Positions 14,636 through 25,842 of a stretch of 64,000 bases of DNA are shown here, piece after piece. The position numbers and the translations under genes were made by a program. The DNA lies in NCBI GenBank assembly GCA_951406725.2, contig OX597815.1, positions 9,176,001 to 9,240,000 on the forward strand, written 5' to 3'. Numbering within the stretch: position 1 is the stretch's first letter; each line of letters opens with the position of its first letter. The notes below the pieces were generated by a model. That model did no database searches. It was not told where the DNA came from and saw nothing but the letters and a program-made list of their open reading frames with translations. The DNA is from Octopus vulgaris (lineage: Eukaryota).

Positions 14636-15312
14636 ACAAAAATACCCTGTTATTGATGTTGAAATTTCAAGCCTTGAATCTAAGTTAGAATCCAATTCTT
14701 TTTCTATTGGCAAGAAATCTTGAAATAAAACTGAACAATGGCATACATACAAAGAGTATTGGTGGAATGTCTTTGTGAAAATCTCAAAAACTGGAAACAT
14801 ATTAATTTGAGACTGAGAAATGAGAAAACATCTGTGAAATCTAGATAGAGTAACTGCAAATTTCTCAACAGTTCAGAGAAGGTAATCTCTTTTTCACTGA
14901 TCTTCAGCTTTATGTTAACATCCGCTGGGCAGCTAATTTATACAACTGTACATAGTTTCTCTTCTCTATCTCAAACCATTATATCAGGTCTGTTGTGCTT
15001 ACATTTGGGACTGAGAAATGAGAAAACATCCGTGTTGAGCCACTGATAAATTTATTGCGACTCTAGTCGGATTACAAGTTCAGGTTTAAACCCGTAATTA
15101 TTAGGAGATATTTGGATATATGACAAACTGCCTCAGCTCTAATCTTCAGGAATTAGGCTTATCAAAATCAGGAGGGAAAAAATGCTAATTAGATTACTGA
15201 TACGAGCCATCAATGGAACTGTCAAAATATGTAAAACTTTACAGAAGTTTAGCATGTCTAAACATACAACTGTATGGATGGGAGTACATATATAAAACAA
15301 AACATGCAAATG

Positions 15313-15478
15313 AGGCGCAGGAGTGGCTGTGTGGTAAGTAGCTTGCTAACCAACCACATGTTTCCGGGTTCAGTCCCACTGCGTGGCATCTTGGGCTAGT
15401 GTCTTCTGCTATAGCCCCGGGCCGACCAATGCCTTGTGAGTGGATTTGGTAGACGGAAACCGAAAGAAGCCTGTCCTA

Positions 15479-15545
<67 letters not shown>

Positions 15546-15770
15546 GTATGTGTGTGTTTGTGTGTCTGTATTTGTCCCCCTAGCATTGCTTGACAACCGA
15601 TGCTGGTGTGTTTACGTCCCCGTCACTTAGCGGTTCGGCAAAAGAGACCGATAGAATAAGTACTGGGCTTACAAAAGAATAAGTCCTGGGGTCGATTTGC
15701 TCGGACTAAAGGCGGTGCTCCAGCATGGCCACAGTCAAATGACTGAAACAAGTACAAGAGTACAAGAGTA
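15313..15770 (+). mobile_element. full-length SINE family A
   Basis: GGCGCAGGAGTGGCTGTGTGG head, B box, internal (TA)n, short tandem AAGAGTAC tail. Confidence 0.88.
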
Positions 15771-16330
15771 AATCTGTCCAGTCACTGATTTCAAATATTT
15801 CATACATACACCGCAAGCATGCACAGATACCTTATTGATGATGTTGAAATTCCAATGAAGGCGCCTAGGATCTAGGTTAGAAACCGGCTCTTTCTCTATT
15901 GGCGAGAAATCTAGATGTGAAACTGAATAATTACATACATATTGGGTTTCGATGATTCAGCGCTAAAGAGGTCGGGCGTTGCCATAGTAAGAGCTTATGC
16001 GTACAACGAAATAAAAATCATCTCTGAGAGACTGGTGTCGTAAGGACTGGGGATTAGTCAGTTGACGTAAAATTAGACTGAGACGTGGCAATTGGTAGTT
16101 CATATATCGTAAATATATACTTCCACTTTCTTTTTTGTGCCAATATTGCGTTTTTCGTGTCAATACTTGATACGACTTTTTCTCTTGAGAAATTAATGAA
16201 AAATTCCAGTGAAATCATAGAATGTTCTGGATTAATTTAATAGAGCTTATAAAAACTGTAAACAATATGGCAGCGGTCGGTGGAGTTTAGAACGTCGGAA
16301 AGTATTTTTTGGGGGTATTTGTTTTGGCTG

Positions 16331-17652
16331 TCTGTACTTTTAGTTTTAATCCAATTCAAGTCAATTTGTCTTTCGACTTTCATTAAGTTCTTCTAATTCT
16401 TACTGTATCTCTCTTCGTCATTATTTCTCGAAGAAATAAGGCGGACTGCTAGCAGAATCATTAACACCCCGGATAAAATGTTTGGCTGCATTTCTTCCGG
16501 CTTTGCGTTCTGGTTTCAAATTCCGCTGAGGTTGACGTTGCTTTTCATTCTCTGTACTTTTAGTTTTAATCCAATTCAAGTCAATTTGTCTTTCGACTTC
16601 CATTAGGTTCTTCTAATTCTTACTGTATCTCTCTTCGTCATTATTTCTTGAAGAAATAAGGCGGACTGCTAGCAGAATCATTAACACCCCGGATAAAATG
16701 TTTGGCTGCATTTCTTCCGGCTTTGCGTTCTGGTTTCAAATTCCGCTGAGGTTGACGTTGCTTTTCATTCTCTGTACTTTTAGTTTTAATCCAATTCAAG
16801 TCAATTTGTCTTTCGACTTTCATTAAGTTCTTCTAATTCTTACTGTATCTCTCTTCGTCATTATTTCTCGAAGAAATATGGCGGACTGCTAGCAGAATCA
16901 TTAACATCCCGGATAAAATGTTTGGCTGCATTTCTTCCGGCTTTGCGTTCTGGTTTCAAATTCCGCTGAGGTTGACGTTGCTTTTCATTCTCTGTACTTT
17001 TAGTTTTAATCCAATTCAAGTCAATTTGTCTTTCGACTTTCATTAAGTTCTTCTAATTCTTACTGTATCTCTCTTCGTCATTATTTCTCGAAGAAATAAG
17101 GCGGACTGCTAGCAGAATCATTAACATCCCGGATAAAATGTTTGGCTGCATTTCTTCCGGCTTTGCGTTCTGGTTTCAAATTCCGCTGAGGTTGACGTTG
17201 CTTTTCATTCTCTGTACTTTTAGTTTTAATCCAATTCAAGTCAATTTGTCTTTCGACTTTCATTAAGTTCTTCTAATTCTTACTGTATCTCTCTTCGTCA
17301 TTATTTCTCGAAGAAATATGGCGGACTGCCAGCAGAATCATTAACATCCCGGATAAAATGTTTGGCTGCATTTCTTCCGGCTTTGCGTTCTGGTTTCAAA
17401 TTCCGCTGAGGTTGACGTTGCTTTTCATTCTCTGTACTTTTAGTTTTAATCCAATTCAAGTCAATTTGTCTTTCGACTTCCATTAGGTTCTTCTAATTCT
17501 TACTGTATCTCTCTTCGTCATTATTTCTCGAAGAAATAAGGCGGACTGCTAGCAGAATCATTAACACCCCGGATAAAATGTTTGGCTGCATTTCTTCCGG
17601 CTTTGCGTTCTGGTTTCAAATTCCGCTGAGGTTGACTTTGCCTTTCATTCTC
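16331..17652. repeat. tandem repeat, 6 x 220 bp
   Basis: exact 220-nt period (ORF copies at 16421, 16641, 16861, 17081, 17301); the unit contains a family C SINE head. Confidence 0.97.
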
Positions 17653-18182
17653 TTGAGGTCGATAAAATAAGTACAAGTGGAACAAGTCGACGTAATAGAC
17701 TTATCCCCTCCTAAAATTGCTGATCTTCTGCTAAAGTTTGAAACCATCATTACTGGAAGAAATCGACTGTATGTGTGTGTGAGTGTGTGTGTGTGTACAT
17801 ACACACAAGAATTAAGGAATGGAGTAGATAAAATCCGGGCTACATATGTTTCGTAGCGAGTGGAACCTCGGAAGTGGTCAATATCCAAGCGAGGTGTATA
17901 CCGCAGGCTACACGTCTGGCCAAGGGTATTTTGATTAAATGAAAGTTTATATTGTCGCAAAGAGGTACTTGTTAACATATGGAAGATTCGATCAGAGTGT
18001 GTTTGCCTTCTGTGAAATATAAAAAGAATTTTTTTCATCTTATCGTACTTCGATACAAAAAAGAAAATCCAAAATCTTTCGCCTCAGTAAACCACTTTTG
18101 TTTCTGAAGGTTGTCTTTTATATTTACTACGGTTGCTTGAAGCTAACTTTCTCCCTACATCTCGATCCTTTCTTCCTACACC

Positions 18183-18227
<45 letters not shown>

Positions 18228-18592
18228 CGAAGACATGACATGATGTAGGTAAAGAAATTTGAGAAATTTGGAAAGAAAATACGGAACCGGTTATTCCTCC
18301 AAAATCTATGTTACTATACACAAACTTTTATAACATTTCTAACATAACGACTTAAATATATTCTTTAACCTTATAACACAAGCCTTCTGTAATTTTTTCA
18401 CTCTTTTTTATATATACATACATTAGAAGAAATGAGGTACTCAGAAAATCGGATGGTTTCTATTTACAGATATTTATTTGTATATTACATTTTTTATATA
18501 TCATATAACTTAGATCATATATTAGCGCTTTCTCCCATTCTAGTGGGGTTTTCAAATCATATATATACACATATATATATATATATATATAT

Positions 18593-20480
18593 TAGTGGCG
18601 TACAGTGACCTTTCCAACTGGTCATATAAATACTTACTAGTTGAGCTAAATCACTTCTGAAATTATCTCATTAAGAGAAACCATTTTGTTTCGTATTATG
18701 GGTGTAAGGATCGCTGTTCAATACATCTAAAATTTTAGAAAACGATGTGCAAAAAATAATTATTTACTTAGCTCATTAATAAATTAATTTAATTCTTCGA
18801 TCTTTGAAGGCAAATATATTTATTACATTCTCATAGAAGTCTTCTGTTTTAATGAGTCGTTGGAGTAAATCTTTTCCAACCAATACAGGACGAACTCTGA
18901 AAGCCTTCTCTCCTGTTGCATTCCTTCAGTAAGTATTATCTTCAACGCAGAAAAGGACTGCTCTACGGAGGCACTTGGAGAAGGAATTGTAAAAAACCAA
19001 ATTGCAAAGAATGAAGAATTTTGACAATTGTACGAATAAGATCATTGAAGTAAATATAAAACTATAAATTACGAGCACTTTGAATTTTGAAATTTTCCAC
19101 TAAATACATAACATTTAGTTCGCTCCATAAACGAATTATGTAAAAAGAAAAATCACAAGTCTAGTAATTAGGATTACTGGCTTCCACCCGGGACTCCTGT
19201 CTACGAGACTTACGAATTTAGTGCATCAGCACAACAGTTATTAAAAATCCCACATTCATATGTCTCTCTTAGCTTAGACTGCAACCCATTTGTCTTGCCA
19301 TTCTAACGGCACCGTTATACGTTTGTGCAATTGCTTTGCTTTCACTCTTCTCCGTTTCAATTACATTTTGAAATATGTTCAGATAACGCATTTGTTGAAC
19401 GATCTACACCAACATCGTTAAAACAGATAAATCGTTCTTTAGTAACAATCTTTTATAACAATTGCAGCGTGGAAGGTGTTTATAAGCCATTTCAGAAACA
19501 CACAAAAACCGTTCGATTCACTTCAACATTTAAATTTGATTTCCCAAAATATTTTCGTCGCTTTGAGACCGCGACCTGTTCACTGATGCAGCGCAAAGTT
19601 TTGTCAATGAAAAGGTCGCGGTCTCAAAGCGACGAAAATATTTTGGGAAATCAAATTTAAATGTTGAAGTGAATCTGACGGTTTTTGTGTGTTTCCAAAA
19701 TGGCTTATAATTATAAACACCTTCCACGCTGCAATTGTTTTCGTTCCAGCACACGATCTCAGATCAAGTCACTCGCTATGCAAGTACATCTCCGTAAATA
19801 TTTTATAACATAACGCAGAACGGTTGACAACCGTGAATAGTTCGACACACCGGCCGTTTCATCTACAAGAAAAGCTACATACTTAGCCTCCCTAAGTTCA
19901 TTTTCTATTAAATTCGATATAACCTTATGAATAGCATCGACCAAGTCATTTTGAATTCTGTTTTGACAGACCCAAGAAAGCGGAAGCTGTATCTAGATGG
20001 CTTGCCAATTCTTCATCATACTCCCTGACTGAATATAAAAGATAAAAGTTCTTTATAATTCCTGTGATTATTGGATTCTTCGGGTTAAAAATGATCCCGA
20101 AATGATAATTGTTGGCAACCTAAAAAAATAACAGAATCACTCAATCGTCGCAGAATAGTCATTTAACCTTTTATTATGCTGCTGCATACTCTGTCTTTCG
20201 TGTGCATCGAACTGTATGTCTCTGCGAGCATTCCCTAATTTTTTCGCAAATCTGTCGTGAGTTTTACGTCTGAGAACTTTCATGCTATAATATGGTCGTA
20301 TGTAGATTATTCAAATCACCGTACACCTTTATTACCCCAAACAGTTTTTTTTTTTAAACTAAATAACAAGCATGGCCCGCAGAATAACTTATTTAGTTTA
20401 GCATTTTCAGTCAAATATATTTTTTCTTACAGATTAATTGTCTAATACATTTTTTTGTTGGAACTACGCCATTTTAGATA
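18593..20480 (-). pseudogene. decayed hAT transposon (ZMYM1-like, Tip100/Blackjack type)
   Basis: FLGCQQLSFR, NYKELL, YVAFLVDETAGVS..LSTVLRYV, ERFICFNDV, QTYNGA; end TAGTGGCGTA at 18593; other end uncertain. Confidence 0.8.
19461..19800 (+). mobile_element. fold-back element with hammerhead-like motif, copy 2
   Basis: perfect 10-bp TSD TTTTATAACA at 19451-19460 and 19801-19810; ~125-bp arms plus ~60-nt tail. Confidence 0.88.
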
Positions 20481-20577
20481 ATTTCGGTGTTAGTCTGGCA
20501 TCATTTATAATTGCTTTCCTTCAAAGTCTTCTTTTGAGTAACTATTTCCAAAGTTCTACAGTATTTCGTAAGTTCTA

Positions 20578-20958
20578 AGGCAGCGAACTGGCAGAAACGT
20601 TAGCACTCCGGGCGAAATGCTTAGCGGTATTTTGTTTGCTGTTACGTTCTGAGTTCAAATTTCGCCGAGGTCGACTTTGCCTTTCATCCTTTCGGGGTCG
20701 ATAAATTAAGTACCAGTTATGCACTGGGGTCGACGTAATCGACTTAATCCCTTTGTCTGTCCTTGTTTGTCCCCTCTGTGAGTAGTAAAGAAATAGGTAT
20801 TTCGTCTGTCTTTACATTCTGAATTCAAATTCTGCTGAGGTCAACTTTGCCTTTCATCCTTTCGGAGCTGATAAATTAAGTACCAGTTGCGTACTGGAGT
20901 CGATCTAATCGACTTGTCCCCAAAACTTCGGGCCTTGTGCCTAGAGTAGAAAAGAATA
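20578..20958 (+). mobile_element. SINE family C, partially dimeric
   Basis: GGCAGCGAACTGGCAGAAACG head, GAGTTCAAATT B box, body gtcgactttgcctttcatcctttcggggtcgataa; also at 22323-22555 (+), 35620-36037 (-), 54205-54433 (-), 17540-17745 (+). Confidence 0.82.
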
Positions 20959-23169
20959 TTTCGTAAGTTTTGTAGCAAGACTATTATCATAAATTGCTTG
21001 TTTAGGCTTAAATACTCGGAAATCGGTACATTCTGCATGTTCTTAACAATTGGTCACATAAACCGGTCATGTGATGATGTAATACTTGACTGAGTCCATT
21101 TCTTGGATTAGTTTAGTTTTACCCAATAGACCAACCAGCGCAGCAAGATCAAATGCTGGTGTGTATGGTAAGAAAGCCAGCTAGCAGACATGAGGTAGTA
21201 CACGGAAGATGAGCATGGCCTCTATCCATCAAACTCCTTCCTTTATTGCTTAATTGTATATGTTTGAGACCTCTAGTAAAGTTATTTAAAGTTGCAGCCT
21301 TATTATATGACTTCATTGTACCGTGTTCCTTCATCAAATGGGATCTTTTCGTCTTGACCGGCAGATTTTTAAAATAATTTCTTTGCAACTAAACACTTTT
21401 AAACTTCGTATACTGGTAGAATGTGTTACATAAAACATCTTTTACTCTGACTGGCCCTCATGCTGGAGGCATGTAAAAGCACCCACTACACTCTTGGAGT
21501 GGTTGGCGTTAGGAAGGGCATCCAGCTGTAGAAACTCTGCCAGATCAGATTGGAGCCTGGTGCGGCCGTCTGGTTTGCCAGTCCTCAGTCAAATCGTCCA
21601 AGCCATGCCAGCATGGAAAGTGGACGTTAAACGACGATGACGATGATAAGATTTTACATATGTTGGAAATTGTTAGAAAGGAAGTGGTTTTAAGGAGTTT
21701 GATTTATTTGGTAGAGATTGCTTTTGCAAACACATTTAGGCTGGTAATGATGGGATCGATTTTCTGCTTCAGTTCCTCCTGTAGTCTGTTAGTTTGCATG
21801 TTAAATTTTATTCCCTTGATTGCAGCAAATATTTTATTTTCAAAATATTGTGGTAATGGATTAGGTGCTGGACATTTGATTAGATAGTTCGTGGTTTGTT
21901 TATTCTTTTGGTCTTTATCATAGCAGTAAGTTTTCCTTTGAATATACTTACCTTGTACTCTCATCTATACATCTACTTTCTAGATGTATATACACCAAAC
22001 CTATCTATCATCCAACATATCTCTTCTTCACACCAGAAATTCTATAGAAATTCTAAGGGGGACCCAAATGCACCACAGTCTGACAAAGGCTTGCAGACCA
22101 AAATTTTCAACTCACTGTCACCCCTTTTCTTGTAAAAGAATAATAAATATGTACTCTACAAAAAATATTAAGCAAAGTTTGGCTGTAGTAAGAAGCTTGC
22201 TTCCCAACAACATGGCTCTGGGTTCAATCCCACTGTGTGACACCTTAGACAAGTGTCTTTTACTATAGCCTTGGGCTAACCAAAGCCTTGTGAATGGATT
22301 TAGTAGACAGAAACTGAGAGAAAGGCGGTGAGCTGGCAGAAACATTAGCACGCTGGGCGAAATGCTTAGTGGTATTTTGTCTGCTGTTATGTTCTGAGTT
22401 CAAATTCTGCCGAGGTCGACTTTGCCTTTCATCCTTTCGGGGTAGATAAATTAAGTACCAGTTACGTCCTGGGGTTGATGTAATCGACATGATCCGTTTG
22501 TCTGTCCTTGTTTGTCCCCTCTGTGTGTAGCCCCTTGTGGGCAGTAAAGAAATAAGAAACTGAGAGAAGCCCATGATATATATATATATATGTGTGTGTG
22601 TCTTTGTGTCTGTTTGTCCTCCCACCACCACTTGACAACTGGTGTTGGTGAGTTTACATACCCATAACTTAGCAGTTTGGCAAAGGAGATTGGTAGAATA
22701 ACTACCAGGCTAAAAAACAAAAAGAAGTTCTTGGGTCAATTGATTTAACTAAAACATTTTTCAAGGCATTGCCCCAGCATGGCCTCAGTCTAATGACTGA
22801 AACAAATAAATGATAAAAGGTAAAGATAATTCTTTAGTTTAAAGTTAAATTGTTTTTATTATAACATAACATATAAAACACTTATATCCGAATGTATATA
22901 TATATATACATATATTTATCTTTTAAATTTGTTTACAGGAAACGTTTTGCATATGCAAATAAAGCCCCTATACCATTATGCTGGCCACAGTCTAATGGTG
23001 CTGACTGGGGAACCAGTTTTTTGGGGTTGCATTGAGCTGTACTGATATAATGTAGGACAAATATAATAATAATGACAATAAACCTTCGATAGAATTTATA
23101 AACATTTAATGCATCGCTGTGGGCATTTTCACAAACCCTATGTCTCTTCAGATCAAAGTCTTGTATTCC

Positions 23170-23400
23170 TGAGGTGATTACATTGTAGTCTGTCTGCAGT
23201 CTCCATGGCCATCCGGTTGATCATCTTCATGGATTCATTGAGGATCCGTGGAATAAGCTGCCGGACGAGATGGTGAAGATGCCGACGACCACTCGGTTCA
23301 AAGTCTCCCTTGACCACAAGTGGCCTGAACTCTTTACACGAACACCACCCTGTACATAACTCCATGTCCCCCTTGCTTTTTGCTTTTTGAGCCAAAAAAT
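23170..23400 (+). mobile_element. CR1/L2-type LINE 3' fragment
   Basis: DPWNKLPDEMVKMPTTTRFKVSLD matches the WNxLP...FKxxLD ORF2 end. Confidence 0.7.
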
Positions 23401-24859
23401 TAACTAATTAACTAACTAAAAAAAAAAAAATTTCTTTAGGTGATATATCATTTGACCAGTATGAAAGATAGATAAGCATCCCTCTGTTGTATATCCATTA
23501 ACGTTATGTTGCATTATAACTCATTCAACTTTCATACTAGTCAAAAGGGGGTGAGTAGCTCTCTGTTGTACATCCATTGATGTTATATCGCTTGAAGAAA
23601 TGAAACTATGAAGATGATCAACCTGATGCCAACAGATGCTATGGACTACACTGTAATCATCTGAGGAATATGAACTGTGATCTTAAGGGACATTTGATTT
23701 GTGGAAATATTTATGAATTAAATATTTATCAATTTCATCCAAGGATTATTATTATTATTATATATAGCTATGTATACTTTGTATTTGTCAGAAAAAAATA
23801 CGAGTATTCATACAGTCAAGCACACATATATAGTAAATGTGTGCTTGTGTGTGTATGTGTGTGTGTGTGTGTGAGAGAGAGAGAAAGAGAAAATTTCAAA
23901 GAGCATGTGTTATGCTGAGTGTGTTGGGTTAAACTGTTAATATTATTAATTATTTACCTAGCGACAGGTCCACTCACCTGAGTAAAGAACAGTTGTATGG
24001 TGTTTGTAACGCCAGTTATCACACACAGGCAGTGAGGTTAACATTCTGATTTCAAAATGAAAATTATACTTTCTTACACCCATCGTATCTTTGACAAAAA
24101 AAAAAATGGCATTACTCTGCTTCTTTAGTTTATTGAGCAGACAAAAGATTCAATTCAAACACTTTATGATTGTACAAACCATCCATCCACTCATGCTATT
24201 ATGGCAATATTTACATACACATTGGTCACTCGCTTGGAAGTACCTGCAAAATTTATAGGCACAGGTCTTCTTTCCAAACTTAAAAAATGTGAAAGAAAAT
24301 TATTTTGAAAAAGAATCGTTTCTAACTCTGTTTCCTTCTCTTCCCGTTTCTCTCTATTTCTGAAATTATGAAGATCAGCAGAGTTCTTTCTGAAGGAAGA
24401 CAATCATTAGAACTGCCTTAACACAAAATACAGTGTCTTCATAGAAAGTACTGAAAGGAATAACATTTTCCTTGAAGGCCTAATGTTTAGAGAGGTTTCA
24501 GGTGTTTAGTGTTGTGATGTTTTGTGTTTACTGCTTCTAAGGAAGTGTTTAGTGTGTGGTGTGTAGTGTGTGATGCTTAGTGTTCAGTGTTTCACACGTA
24601 GTAAATCAGATTTAGTGTGTGGCATGTATGATGTGATGTTTAATGAGTGGTGTTTATTCTATAGTGTTTAGCAAGTGGTGTTTAATGTGTGCTGCTTGGT
24701 GTTTGAAGTTTATGTTAGGTGTTTAGTGAGGATTTTGGTGCTGAGTGTGTTGTATCTAGTGTTCAATGTTTAGTACGTAGTACTTAATGATAACTGTTTA
24801 ATCTGGTGTTTAAGGTGATATGCTTAGTATTTGGTGTTTAGTGTATGGTATTTCATTAA

Positions 24860-25632
24860 CCTCAAAATCTTTGATCATGTTTGGCCTATGTATTTGTGAC
24901 AAGTGATTAGGGACGTCTACTCCAATATCAACCTCAGTCAAGTGATTCAAGCACTGTATGAAAATCAATCCATACAGTTTACTAGAATGACAAAACCACA
25001 AACTTCTTCAGGACAATACTTGGAGTGCATTAATGCTATCTCCTCTTTCTAATGCTTTTCAACATCTTCCTTGGAAAACATCATGCAGGGTACACTACAT
25101 GATTTTGTCAACTCCACTTTCATTGGAGGATGGTTCCTTCACAACCCATGTTTTGCTGATGATATCAGCTTAATGCAAGGCAGTTAAATAGAAATCCAGG
25201 AACTTACCACTACACAGGGCAGACAATCAGGTGCATATGGAATGGAAAACCAATATCATGCTGAAGGACATCAGCTTGAAAAAGTGGATAATTCTAAATA
25301 CCCTGGATTCACTTTGAGCAAACCACAACTTAATAAAGGAGATAAAAGCAAGATTTTGTTTGATCTCCATCAGTTTTTCAACAGAACTCGAACTGTACAA
25401 GTCCTTGGCGCCATAAAATATTTCTGTGTGAGTGTGAAAGCAGGGCACTTACTACCAATATGGAATGTAGAATTTAGGTGTTCCAGGACAAATTCTTCAG
25501 AAGGATCAAATGTATCTCGTATACAGAGCTTTGACAGGCAGCAGGTCACCAGATATACTGTCAGGTAAGAAACACCTATTGTTAGAATGAAATGCTAACA
25601 GCTTGCTTACCAAAGGTAAATGATGATGATGA
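24860..25632 (+). mobile_element. decayed RTE LINE RT fragment downstream of the RABL3 stop
   Basis: FNIFLENIMQ..IGG...N.CFADDI motif; (TGA)n tail near 25620. Confidence 0.65.
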
Positions 25633-25779
25633 TAATGAATAATTAGTGTGTGGGGTATATTTTTTAGTGTCTGTTGTATTTAGTGCTTGATGTTTAGTGA
25701 GTGGTGTTTAGTTTTTTTAGTATTTTGTGTTAGGAAGTTTTAGTGTGTTGTGTTCAATGAGATATTTGGTGTTAAGTGT

Positions 25780-25842
25780 TCAATCACAGTGAGAGTTCTT
25801 AGTATATCTTCGGTTGTTCTGTCCACCAGAAAAGGAAGTAAA
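25780..25842 (-). CDS. RABL3: RABL3 terminal coding exon (FTSFSGGQNNRRYTKNSHCD*)
   Basis: strong acceptor ctgttttctgtttgcag, phase 0, stop TGA at 25782-25780; HxD* ending resembles the remembered human LHYD*; lies after a 10,354-nt intron, so less certain than the other exons. Confidence 0.75.
   Translation of the reverse strand, partial: FTSFSGGQNNRRYTKNSHCD

Noticed and set aside
13340-14800. Long MYVC/HTYI ORFs (also at 61043-61941 and 3337-4051)
   Set aside because: Microsatellite translations
16421-17483. Five tandem 60-aa genes, or a retrozyme array
   Set aside because: The ORFs are the antisense reading of a SINE-derived 220-bp unit; no CUGANGA/GAAA hammerhead core was found in the unit
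24191-24403. Alternative RABL3 last exon (ttttgcag|GTACTTCC..., VLPSE*)
   Set aside because: No similarity to the RABL3 C-terminus; the exon at 25842-25780 has the better acceptor and ending
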